Shown: positions 16,188 to 27,681 of the stretch, piece after piece
How positions within the stretch are numbered: the stretch's first letter is position 1
Layout: each line of letters starts with the position of its first letter
Origin: Squalus acanthias
Taxonomy: Eukaryota
Reading direction: 5' to 3'
Assembly: GCA_030390025.1 (NCBI GenBank)
Contig: CM059431.1
Location: forward strand, 129,024,001-129,088,000
DNA length: 64,000 nt
Program-made: the position numbers and the translations under genes
The notes under the pieces: model-generated
The model's input: the letters and a program-made list of their open reading frames with translations, nothing else
The model's database searches: none
Told to the model about the DNA's origin: nothing

Positions 16188-16720
16188 ATATTTGCAAAGC
16201 CAACCAAATGGGCGGTTATACTTGCTTGATCCCTTGTGAACTGGATGTAATTGTGGGCCTTAGCAAACAGGGCATCGGTAACCTGCATGATGCAACTGTG
16301 GGCAGCCGACTGGGAGATGCTGCTGATGTCTGCTGATGATCCCTGGAAGGAGCCTGAGGCAAAGAAGTTGAGTGCGGTGGTGACTTTGACAACCACTGGT
16401 AAGGGGTGTCCACCCGTTCCTCTGGGCACCAGGTCTTGCTGCAGCAGTCCGCAGATCTCTCGGACAACCTCTCGCGAAAGTCTCAGCCTCCTTTGGCACT
16501 GCTGCTCACTCATGTTGAGGTAGCTCATCCTTTGTCTGTAAACCCTCTGTCGGGGATATCTCCTGCGGTGAGGTGCCTCGATGCGCTGGTGCCTTCTGCC
16601 CTGAGCAGGAGGTTGGGGCTCCTGCTGGTGTTGCTCCTGATCTGCCTGGTTCTGCTGCTGCCGTGGATGCTCCTCATCCTCATCTGAGGTCCCTGCAGAA
16701 AGAAAATGAATGGTTCCCAT
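16188..16720 (-). pseudogene. Harbinger transposase, N-terminal half
   Basis: MGTIHF...[13 protein letters not shown]...[20 protein letters not shown]...GFAN; joins MAGLPMVQG at 3451 once the provirus and one TSD are removed. Confidence 0.9.
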
Positions 16721-17284
16721 GCTGCTTGCAGATGCCTCCTTTGGGGAAGTGCTCATTGCAAGCGGGGAGAGGGTCTTCCAAGGAGGTCCCACAGTTGATA
16801 GATTCAAGCTGCAGCACCTCTGACTTTGGAACGCCTTCTAAAAGTGCGTAGAGACCTTTTAAAGCAAAGGTCTGGCACCTGCAAGTAATCCTTGCTGCAA
16901 TAAACGATGTCTTGTTGGACCTGCAGCAGTGACGAGACCACCCACGAGTCAACCCGCCAGGTTTACCTGGCGTGGTTTAGGAGGTGGGTGGAGCACGCCG
17001 AAATGCTCGAAAAATCACGCGGGCCTCTCAAAATAGGCTAAGAGAGGCCCTTAATGAGCATTTAATGATCATAAGTATCGCTATGGCCAGCTGGAGGCGG
17101 GACCATTTCCCGACCTCCAAAACCGAGCCGGCAAAATCCTGCGGAGGCGGGTTGGAGGCGGGTGCCGAACCCGCCCTCATTGATTCTGATTTTCCCGCCT
17201 TTCCCGCCTCCAAACCCGTCTCCTCCGACATCAGAAAATCGCCCCCATAATTTGTTGAAAGTAGAAATCCCAGTAGTAAAACTA

Positions 17285-17400
17285 TATACCCTTTCTACAT
17301 TACAACAGTGACTACACTTCAAAAGTACTTAATTGGCTGTAAAGCACTTTGGGATGTCCTGAGGTCGTGAAAGGCGCTATATAAATGCAAGTCTTTTTTT
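17285..17400 (+). mobile_element. 3' tail of SacSINE1/DeuSINE-like SINE
   Basis: tacattacaacagtgactacacttcaaaagtac...ctatataaatgcaagtc; matches the full copy at 49194-49661. Confidence 0.65.
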
Positions 17401-18030
17401 CATAAACAAGGCCAATGGCATTTGGGATTTCATCAATAGGGGTGCATAGTATAAGAATAAAGAAGTCATTCTAAATGTGTACAAGGCAAAGATTAGGCCA
17501 TAGTTAGAATACTGTGTGCAGTGCTGGACACCCCATTCTAGAAACGACAGTAAAGCAATAGAGGGAATACAGTGTAGATTCATAAGGATAATATATCAGG
17601 AATGGCAAAAGACTTGTGATACTGTGACTATTTCCACTGGAGTAGAGAATATTATCAGAAGATTTAATAGAGATTTTTAAAACTACGAAGGGTTTTGAAA
17701 GAGTGAATGGGAAAGGACTACTTCCTATGGTTGAAGAGTCAGTGATGCAGGGTCATCGATGTAAAATTTTCATTAAGAGAATGAGGAAAGTGGATAGGAG
17801 GAATATCTTCACACAGAGAGCTGTTACAGCATGGGATGCCTTACCATAGTGAATAGTTGAAGCAGATACCACTTTAACTTTGAAAGGGAGACAAACATTT
17901 AAAACAGAAGAAAATACAGAGCTATTGGGAGGATGCAGGACAGTGAGATTTATTTTGTATTGCTCTAGCAATGAGCCGGCACATGCACAATGGGCTGACT
18001 GGCCTCCTTCTGTGCTGTATATTTCTAGGT
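17401..18030 (+). mobile_element. Degraded CR1 ORF2 3' end and tail
   Basis: KANGIWDFINRG..YKNKEVILNVYKAKIRP.LEYCVQCW and a CR1-like tail atgggctgactggcctccttctgtgctg. Confidence 0.7.
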
Positions 18031-18519
18031 TCCTCATTGACCACTATTGCCTTCTTGTCCTTCAGCATATTGATTTTCACAACCTTGTCCTTGTCTTCCA
18101 ATCCTTCCATGTCCTTGCACCAACCTACCTCTGCAATGTCTTCCAGTCCTACGTTCCAGCTTTCAACCTCTGCTCTTATGACTCCAATCTACTGAATGTT
18201 TGTGTCTCCCCCTACTGCCCCCACCACCACCATCCCACCCCACCCCACCCCACCGTACTTCTTCATCTCCACAATTGGTCACTGAACCTTCAGCCCCACA
18301 TTCTTGCATTCTGGATTTTTTTTCCTGAACCTCTTCATCTTGCCATCTCTCCACTTTCAAAAACTTGCTTAAAATCTTTTTGAACCTGCTTTTGGTCATC
18401 TCCTCTAACTACTTTTTAATTTTTGCTTGGTGCTCACTTATTCCCCAAAAGATGTCTTGGGCATTTTGTATATGAAAGGACTTATATACATGTAATTTGT
18501 TGCTGCTATTGTTGACTTA

Positions 18520-18940
18520 AGAGAATTAAGAAAAAGGTGAATCACAAAAAAGTATAGTGTCGGACAGGCTACTATTATCAGTCTGCAAAAATAGAGGATG
18601 GTGCGGTAAAGTTGCCTTGAAGATGCACTCATCACGAGGGAACTGTAGATGGTTACAATCTCCAAGTGGTTTGCACAGCATCAGGAATCTGATCCATGAG
18701 TGACTCCATCCTACAGGAGAGCTTACTAGAGGTCAGTAAGCATTGAATGCAAATCCAGGATTCAGAGTCAGGTAACCATGGCTGGACAGGTGGAAGATGC
18801 ATTATGATGTAAAACAGTTGTGTACCTGAGGGGAGAAGCAGTCATATATCTTGAGCACCGTGGACTCCTTTAGAGAAAAATTCAAGAAAATAATTAAAGA
18901 AAATCTGCCCCCAGAACAAGTTTACAACTGTGAATTAAAT
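18520..18940 (+). mobile_element. Tigger/pogo transposase remnant
   Basis: Fragments KKYSVGQATI (CENP-B-like HTH) and FKKIIKENLPPEQVYNC, typical of the region just before the pogo DDD domain. Confidence 0.45.
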
Positions 18941-19065
18941 GGACCTATTTGACCAAATTTGTGAATGACCCCAAATTGGGTGGGGGTGGGGGGGGGGGGG
19001 GGGCGGGGGGTGGAGTGGGTATAGTTACTACTGAAGAATACAAGAAGACATTACTAAACATGTTT

Positions 19066-22000
19066 TTCATTCATTCACGGGTTGTGGGCATCACTGGCAA
19101 GGACAGCATTTATTGCCCATTCCTAATTGCGCTTGAGAAGGTGGTGGTAAGCCATCATCTTGAACCGCTGCATGAGGTAAAGGTACTCCCAAAGTGCTGT
19201 TAGGTAGGTAGGGAGTTCCAGGATTTTGACCCAGCAATGATGAAGGAACAGCGATATATTTCCAAGTCAGGATGGTGTGTGACTTGGAGGGGAACTTGAA
19301 GGTGGTGGCGTTCTCATGCACCTGCTGCCCTTGTCCTTCAAGGTGATAGAGGTCGTGGGTTTGGGAGGTGCTGTCGAAGGCGAGTTTCTGCAGTGCATCT
19401 CGTAGATGGTACACACTGCATCCTTGGAGTGCCGGTGGTGGAGGGTGTAAATGTTTAAGTTGGAGGATGGGATACCAATCAAGCGGGCTGCTTTGTCCTG
19501 GATGGTGTTGAGTTTCTTGAGTATTGTTGGAGCTGCACTCATCCAGACAGGTGGAGAGTATTCCATCACACTCCTGACTTGTGCTTTTTAGATGGTGGAA
19601 AGGTTTTGGGGAGTCAGGAGGTGAGTCACTCGTCAAAGAATACCTAGCTTCTGACCTGCTCTTGTAGCCACAGTATTTATGTGGCTGGTCTAGCTAAGGT
19701 TCTGCTCAATGGTAATCTCCAGGATGTTCATGGTGGGGGTTTCAAATGATGCTAATGCCATTGAATGTCAAGGGGAGGTGGTTAGACTTTCTCTTGTTGG
19801 AGATGGTCATTGCCTGGCACTTGTGTGGCACGAATGTTACTTGCCACTTATCAGCCCAAGCCTGAATGTTCTCCAGGTCTTGCGGCATGCGGGCACGGAC
19901 TGCTTCATTATCTGAGCATTGGGAATGGAACTGAAAACTGCAATCATCAGCAAACATCTCCACTTCTGACCTTATGATGGAGAGAAGGTCATTGATGAAG
20001 CAACTGAAGATAGTTGGGCCTCGGACACTGCCCTGAGGAACTTCTGCAGCAATGTCCTGGGGTTGAGATGATTGGCCTCCAACAACCACAACCATCTTCC
20101 TTTGAGCTAGGTATGACTTCAGCCAGTGGAGAGTTTTCCCCCTGGTTCCCATTGACTTCAATTTTACTAGGGCTCCTTGAAACCACACTCGGTCAAATGC
20201 TGCCTTGGTGTCAAGGGCAGTCACTCTCACCTCATCTCTGGAATTCGGCTCGTTTGTCCATGTTTTGACCAAGGTTGTAATCAGGTCTGGAGCCAAGTGG
20301 TCCTGGCGGAACCCAAACTGACCATCGGTGAGCAGGTTATTGGTGATTAACTATCGCTTGATAGCACTGTCAGTGACACCTTCCATCACTTTGCTGATGA
20401 TTGAGAGTAGACTGATGTGACAGTAATTGGCCAGATTAGATTTGTCCTGCTTTTTGTGGATAGGTCATACCTGGGCAATTTTCCTCTTTGTTAGGTAGAT
20501 GCCAGCGTTATAGCTGTACTGGAACAGCATGGCTAGAGGTGTGGCTAGTCTAGAGCACAAGTCTTCAACACTGCAGCCAGGATGTTGTCTGGGCCCATAG
20601 GCTTTGCTGTATTTAGGGCACTCAGCCATTTCATGGCATTATGTGGAGTGAATCGAATTGGCTGATGACTAGCTTCTGTGATGGTGGGGGTCTCAGGAGG
20701 AGGCCGAGATGGATCATTTACTCGGCACTTCTGACTGAAGCTGGTTGCAAACACTTCAGCCTTGTCTTCAGCGTAGGTCCCTTGCAGTCAGAAGCAGGGG
20801 AACTTATAATGGGAAACAAAGAAATGGCAGACCAATTAAATACATATTTTGGTTCTACCTTCACAAAGGAAGACACAAATAACCTCCCAGAGATGTCAGG
20901 GAACATAGGGTCTGATGAAAGAGAGGAACTGAAAGAAATCAGTATTTGTAGGGAAATGGTATTAGGGAAATTGGTAGGATTGAAGGCCGATAAATCCCCA
21001 GGGCCTGATAATCTACACCCTAGGGTACTTATGGAAATGGCCCTAGAAATAGTAGATGCATTGCTGATCATCTTCCAACATTCGATGGAATCTGGAACAA
21101 TACCCATGGATTGGAGGGTAGCTAATGTTACCCCACTATTCAAAAAAGGTGGTAGAGAGAAAATGGGGAATTACAGACCGACATCGGTAGTGGGGAAAAT
21201 GCTAGAGTCCATTATAAAAGATGTAATAGCAGAGCACTTGGAAAACAGTGACAGGATCGGACAAAGTCAACATGGATTTACAAAAGGTAAATCGTGCTTG
21301 ACTAATCTACTGGAATTTTTTGAGGATGTAACTGGTAAAATAGATAAGGGAGAACCAGTGGATGTGGTGTATTTGGACTTTCAAAAGGCTTTCAATAAGG
21401 TCCCGCATAAGAGATTAGCATGTAAAGTTAAGGCACATGGGATTGGGGGCAAGGTATTGACTTGGATAGAGAACTGGTTGGCAGACAGAAAACAAAGAGT
21501 TGGAATAAATGGGTCTTTTTCCTAGTGGCAGGCAGTGACTAGTGGGGTACCGCAGGGATCGGTCCTTGGACCCCAGTTATTCACAATATATATTAATGAT
21601 CTAGACAAGGGAACTAGATGTAATATCTCCAAGTTTGCAGACAACACAAAGCTGGGTGGGCGTGTGTGCTGTGAGGAGGATGCCGAGAAACTCCAGTATG
21701 ATTTGGACAGGTTGGGTGATTGGGCAGAAGCATGGCAGATGCAATATAACGTGGATAAATGCGAGGTTATCCACTTTGGTGTCAAAAACGGGAAGGCAGA
21801 TTATTATCTGAATGGCAATAGATTGGGAGAAGGGGAAGTGCAACGAGACCTGGGTGTCCTTGTGCACCAGTCGCTGAAGGTAAGCATGCAGGTGCAGCAG
21901 GCAGTTAAGGCGGCAAATGGTATGTTGGCCTTCGTAGCGAGAGGATTTGAGTACAGGAACAAGGATGTCTTGCTGCAGTTGTACAGGGCCTTGGTGAGAC

Positions 22001-23088
22001 CACATCTTGAGTATTGTGTGCAGTTTTGGTCGCCTTATCTGAGGAAAGAGGTTCTTGCCATGGAAGGAGTTCAGCGAAGATTCACCAGGCTGATACCTGG
22101 GATGCCAGGAATGACATATGAGGAGAGATTGGGTCGATTGGGCTTGTACTCGCTGGAGTTTAGAAGAATGAGAGGGGATCTCATTGAAACTTATAAAATT
22201 CTAAAAACAGGACTGGACAGACTAGATGCAGGAAGGATGTTCCGATGGTCAGGGAGTCCAGAACCAGGGGTCACAGACTAAGGATAAGGGGTAAGCCATT
22301 TAGGACAGAAATGAGGAGGAATTTCTTCACCCAGAGAGTGGTGAACCTGTGGAATTCTCTACCACACAAGGCAGTAGAGGCCAATTCATTAAATATATTC
22401 AAGAAGGAGTTGGATATATTTCTTAAGGCTAAAGGGATCAAGGGATATGGGGAGAAAGCAGGGACAGGGTTCTGAATTTGGATGATCAGCCATGATCGCA
22501 TTGAATGGTGGAGCAGGCTAGAGGGGCTGAATGGCCTACACCTGCTCCTATCTTCTATGTTTCTATGTTTCTCTGTTTCTATGTCTTTTGCACACATGTG
22601 GTGGGCTCCACCATCATTGATGATGGGAATGTTCATGGAGCCTTCTCCACCCGTTAGTTGTTTAATTGTCCACCACCATTAAAGACTGGATGTGGCAGGA
22701 CTGCAGAGCTTTGATCTGATCCGTTGGTTGTGGGATTGCTTAGCTCTGTCTATAGCATGCTGCTTCCACTGTTTAGCATCCATGTAGTCCTGTGCTGCAG
22801 CTTCACCAGCTTGGCACCTCATATATAGGTACGCCTGGTGCTGCTCCTGGCATGTTCTTCTTCATTCCTTATTGAACAAGGGTTGGTCCCCTGGCTTGAT
22901 GGTAATAGTAGAATGAGGGATATGCCGGGTCATGAGGTTGCAGATTGTGCTGGAATATAATTCTGCTGCTGCTGGTGGCCCAGAGTGCCTCATGGATGCC
23001 CAGTTTTGAGCTGCTAGATCTGTTCTGAATTTATCCCATTTAGCTCAATGGTAGTGCCACACAACATGATGGAGGGTGTCCTCAGTGT
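19066..23088 (-). mobile_element. LINE family B (CR1/L2 group) ORF2 remnant, split by a younger CR1
   Basis: ALDTKAAFDRVW, VPQGSV.GP, FADDC, MEYSPPVWMSAAPTILKKL; (TGAA)n tail at the left end. Confidence 0.85.
20769..22581 (+). mobile_element. 5'-truncated young CR1 LINE
   Basis: RT ORFs 20641-21525 and 21535-22281 (KSPGPD, YLDFQKAF, GVPQGSVLGP, FADNTK), (TCTATGTT)n tail, TSD TGTCTT (20763-20768, 22582-22587). Confidence 0.92.
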
Positions 23089-23312
23089 AGGCATAAACAG
23101 ACCCTTAATTTTTTATATTTCTTGAAATGCTTTGCCAGGCAAAAAGTTTTTTCAAAGTTAAATAAAGTTGGTGAATGTAATAAACAGTCTTTCACTGACA
23201 AGGGGACATGCTTTGATGTGCTTTACTAAAAGGCAGCAAACATGGTTGTAACTGCAGGGGGTCATCATAGACAACAGAGATAAACAAACCCCCTTATTTT
23301 TGCAGACATCGT

Positions 23313-24044
23313 GGGCTGGATTTTGTCTTGGGGTCGGGTTGGGGTCATGTCATCCGGATTTTGTGTTATCCACCCTCCTGAAATTGGATGTGGGAGATTG
23401 ATGCAATTTTCACTTAATTGGGCAATTGAGTTCCAGCATGTGGGAACCCATGAACCAATTATTGGTTTCAGTCTGAAAGTCGCCACTGATGATGTCATCA
23501 TTGTAGGTCAGAGACTGCCTGGTCTGGTCTCAGAGATTGCCTGGCCTTTGCTGTGAGAGGACCTGGATGCAAAATGATCAACATCTCAGAGAGAGAGAAT
23601 ATTTTTTTCCATCCAGGTCCTCCAAAGGCCCCGGCAGTCTCTGAAGACATTCAATGCAGCAGCATCCGAGGCGACTTTCAGACCTAATACTACTACTACC
23701 TCATCACATCTCCGTTGTAATAGTGGACCTGCAGCTGATAGTCAGCTATCCACTTATGCTCCCGCCAGGTTTCACTGGCGTGTTTCACATCAGGCGTGCT
23801 TCACGTCAGAAAAGGGTTAAACTAGCTAAAACGTTTCAAAATGGCATTACAGAGCCAATTTATGGCTTGTTAAGGGCATTAATGGCCTCTCCCGCCTCTT
23901 GGAGGCGGGACAGAGTCGAGAACCCTGCACACAATTTTATCAAAATTGCGTGGAGGCGGGATGGGGTCAGGACCCCTGAATCTGCAACTTTAACCCCCCA
24001 CACGCCTCCAAACCCGACTCCACGGGTCATTGAAAATCCAGCCC
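23313..24044. mobile_element. Harbinger-derived MITE
   Basis: TIR GGGCTGGATTTT / AAAATCCAGCCC, TSD CGT; reverse-orientation relative of 24471 and 41388. Confidence 0.85.
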
Positions 24045-24339
24045 CGTGTCTCTAATGATGTTTTTGTTGGCTAAAGGGGAGGAGTCAAACCTTTGAAGTT
24101 TAAAATGCAGAATACGATGTAACACATGAACTGGAACCAAGTGGTTTTCTGCCACTTTTCTAAACTTTAGGAGTGAATGAACAATTTTGGGCTTTGATGA
24201 AGGCAACTAATGGATAGCAACACAGGTTGTGTTAGTGTGAACGTTTGACAGCTCAGACAGCTCAGGTCAAATGCTCAGGTGTAATATCTCATAAGTCTCA
24301 AGTCCAAACTCTATAACCTGTTGGACGGAGCGAGGGGTA

Positions 24340-25885
24340 ATTCCGCACATCTTACATCAGTGTGAAGACAAATGTGCAGAATATGCGTCTAATTGGCAAA
24401 TTAATTTCATTATAGATAAGTGCGAGGTGGTGCATTTTTGTGGTAAGAATAAGGAGGCAACATACTCCATGGGCTGGATTTTCATTGACCTGTGGAGGTG
24501 GGTTTGGAGGCGTGTGGGGGGTTAAAATTGCGAAAACTGGCGGGCGGGCACAAGCCCGCCTCCATGCAATTTTCATTAAATCGTGTCTGCTGGTCTTGAC
24601 TCCGTCCCGCCTCTAAGAGGCAGGATAGGCTGTTAAGGCCCTTAACAAGCACTAAATTGCCTCTATAATGTCATTTTGAAAGGCCTTTGTGATTTTAACC
24701 CTTTTTCTACGTGAAGTACGCCTGTTCTGAACCACGAATGTGAAACCTGGCGGGACCACATTTGGATAGCTGACTATCAGCTGCAGGTCCACTATTACAA
24801 CGGAGATGTGGAAGAAGAAGAAGAAGAAATAAGAATATCTGGGAGTGGTGGTGATGGTGGAAAAATATCTGGGAGCAGACTTAGGGCTGCTGCTGCTCAT
24901 TTTGCATCCAGGTCCTCTCACAGCAAAGGCCAGGCAGTCTTTGCAGACCTTCAATGCAGCAGCAATGATGACATCATCAGAGGTGACTTTCAGACTGAAA
25001 ACACTAATTGATTCATGGGTTCCCACATGCTGGAACTCAATTGCCCAATTAGGTTAAAATCGCATCAATCTCCCACATCCAATTGCAGTCGGGTGGATAA
25101 CACGAAATGCGGATGACACGACCCCGGCCCACCCCAGTGTCAAAATCCAGCCCCATGAGTCTAAATGGGGTAGAGGGGCAAAGGGATCTAGGGGTACAGA
25201 TGCACAAATCACTAAAAGTAGCAACAGGTTAATAACGTCATAAAAAAAGAAAACAATGCATTGGGGTTCATTACTAAAATGATAGAATTGAATAGCAAGG
25301 AAGTTATGTTAACTTGTATAGAGCCTTGTTTAGACCACAGCTGGAGTACAGTGCACATTTCTGGTCTCCATATTATAAAAAGGACATAGAGGCACTGGTG
25401 AAGGTGCAAAAAAATTTACAAGGATGATACCAGAACTGGAAGGTTATACCTATCAAGAATGATTGACAAGGCTGGGGCTCTTTTCCTTAGAAAATAGAAG
25501 GCTGAGGGGTGACCTTATAAAGTTATTTAAGATTATGAAAAGGTTTGATAGGGTAGACGTAAAGAAGATATTTCCACTTCTGGGGTAGACCAAAACTAGG
25601 GGGCCATAAATATAAGATAGTCACCAATAAATCCAATACATAATTCAGGAGAAACTTCTTCACCCAGAGAGTGGTTAGAATGTGGAACTCACTACCACAA
25701 GGAGTAGTTGAGGTGAATATCATAGATGCAGTTAAGGGGAAGCGATGAGGGAGAAAGGAGAAGAAGAACAGTATATGTTGATGAAGGTTGGGGTTAGATG
25801 AACTAGGGTGGGAGGAGGCTACTGTGAAGCATAAACCCCAGCATTGGTCAGTTGGGCCAAATAGCCTGTTCCTATGCTGTACATT
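24340..25885 (+). mobile_element. Degraded CR1 ORF2 3' part and tail, interrupted by a MITE
   Basis: DKCEVVHF..KNKEATY, RRNFFTQRVVRMWNSLPQ, tail cattctatgtaattctatg. Confidence 0.75.
24471..25153. mobile_element. Harbinger-derived MITE
   Basis: TIR GGGCTGGATTTT / AAAATCCAGCCC, TSD CAT; highly similar to 41388-42040. Confidence 0.88.
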
Positions 25886-27681
25886 CTATGTAATTCTATG
25901 TAAAATGCTGCCCAACAACAAGTTCCATACAGGCTGAGTCAGTTTTCCCAAGGTGCAAGTGCAGCAAGAAATACCTCACAATCCTAGGGCAGCAAAACCA
26001 TAAGGTATTGTTACTGGTAATCAGGAAACCTGTCAAATCTGAACTTTATAGAATCTTAACCTCAGCTCCCTTCCCGTTCACTATAAAGCGACACTTGGAT
26101 GAATGTCAAGTCATTGACAGAATGGCTTCATTCTGAATTAATATCACATGTGACATATCACAGGGGGCTGCAGAAACCTCTTTCCAAACCTATCATTATT
26201 ACAGACACTGTCCCACTGAACCCTGCAGCCGGGTCCCTTCACAACAGGGACATCAGTGACATGACAAAATTGAAGGACGCATCATCATTAGTGGAATCAT
26301 TCAGAGCTTTTTACTTGTAACTGTGGACTGCCGATCTTTCCCATCCTGGACCATTGACATGGTCCTGCAGCTCCCCGGCACAACCCCACCCCCTGGCAGG
26401 GCCCAGTGCTAACAAACCGGGGAGGAAATCTGAGTACAGCTACAGGCCTGTCCAGCAGACAAAGGAAAGTGATTTAAAAGTATTAAGCAACAGCCTCTAA
26501 TTTCACCAACAGTATTTTCTGTGCTGCGGTCATTAACCGATGATGCTTTGACGGTGTGAGCAGTCTGCAGCTACATATTGAGACTAAAACATGGGGGCCG
26601 TCTCACTGCTGGTTGCTGATAGTGAACAGCTGCAATAAAATAACAGGGACAGGAATGTCATATGTCCGCGTTAAGCATTGGCCCCTGATATCACCAACAG
26701 TACTTTTTGTGCTGCAGTCATTAACCTATGTTGCTTCGATGGTGTGTGCATGTTATTTCAGCTCCTTCATACTCTCAAGCTCAGTAACTGTTTGCAGCCA
26801 GTTCACCCATCAACGCTATCATAATTCTTTAAAAATTAACTGCCTTGAGGATAGGAGAGCAGGCATTTAGGGAAAAAAAATTAACAAAAATTAAGAACAG
26901 AAAAGGCATGATGTTAAAATTAATCAAGCCCCAATTTTAACCCCTTCCCTCCCCTCCCCTCACACCCAACGAGAACAGGGCATGCGGGAGGATAAAATCC
27001 TTGCCATGACCTCCTCACCCGATCTTCGCTGGCCTCGCGCCACTGCCATTATAACTGGTGCGTTCGGGCCAGCAAGCAACATTGTCGCACCAGGGAGGCG
27101 AGGGTCTCATTGAAATTCAAAAACTGGGATCTGATGATGCCATTCAGACCCCAGGGGCTGGATTTTGCCAGGCCCGAGGAGGCAGGTTTGAAGGCGGGTC
27201 AGGTGGAAAAGTTGACAAAAATGGAGTCGGGCTCTGATCCCGCCTCCAACCCGCCTCTGAGCAACTTTCCCAAATGCGGGCTTTCAGACCCCGTTTCGGT
27301 CCCGCCTCCAAGATGCGGGATAGTCCCTTAAGGCACTTAATAACCACTTAAGTGCCTCTATAATGTCATTTTGAGAGGCCTTTCTGAGATTAACACATTT
27401 CCTGCGTGCTGCACGTCTTCCCTGGAACACGCCAATTAATCCTAGCGGGCTCACAAGTGGATGGCTTACTAACAGCTGCAGCTCCACCATTAAAAAGGAG
27501 TTTTCAACAATGATCATTTGCAGGTGGCAGAACTTTCTTTTCTCAGGTCTGGGAGAACTTTTTGCAGGTCGACTCATTTTGAAAGTTTTGAAGCTGAGAT
27601 CCATCTCCACTGTGACTTCCTGGGAAACCCCTCTCCCCACCTTGACTGAGCGCTTCCTCAACTGAGGTATATACCTGCAGC

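Larger units (their letters stand above)
2046..17246. mobile_element. PIF/Harbinger DNA transposon (~2.46 kb without the nested provirus)
   Basis: 14-bp TIR GGGGGYGATTTTCT at 2046-2059 and 17233-17246; convergent Myb/SANT ORF (+) and DDE transposase (-); CR1 host sequence continues across it. TSD is not cleanly matched (CTT vs ATA). Confidence 0.8.

Noticed and set aside
26503..26747. ~55-bp imperfect direct repeat about 187 bp apart
   Set aside because: Probably internal to an old unclassified repeat; no further structure seen.
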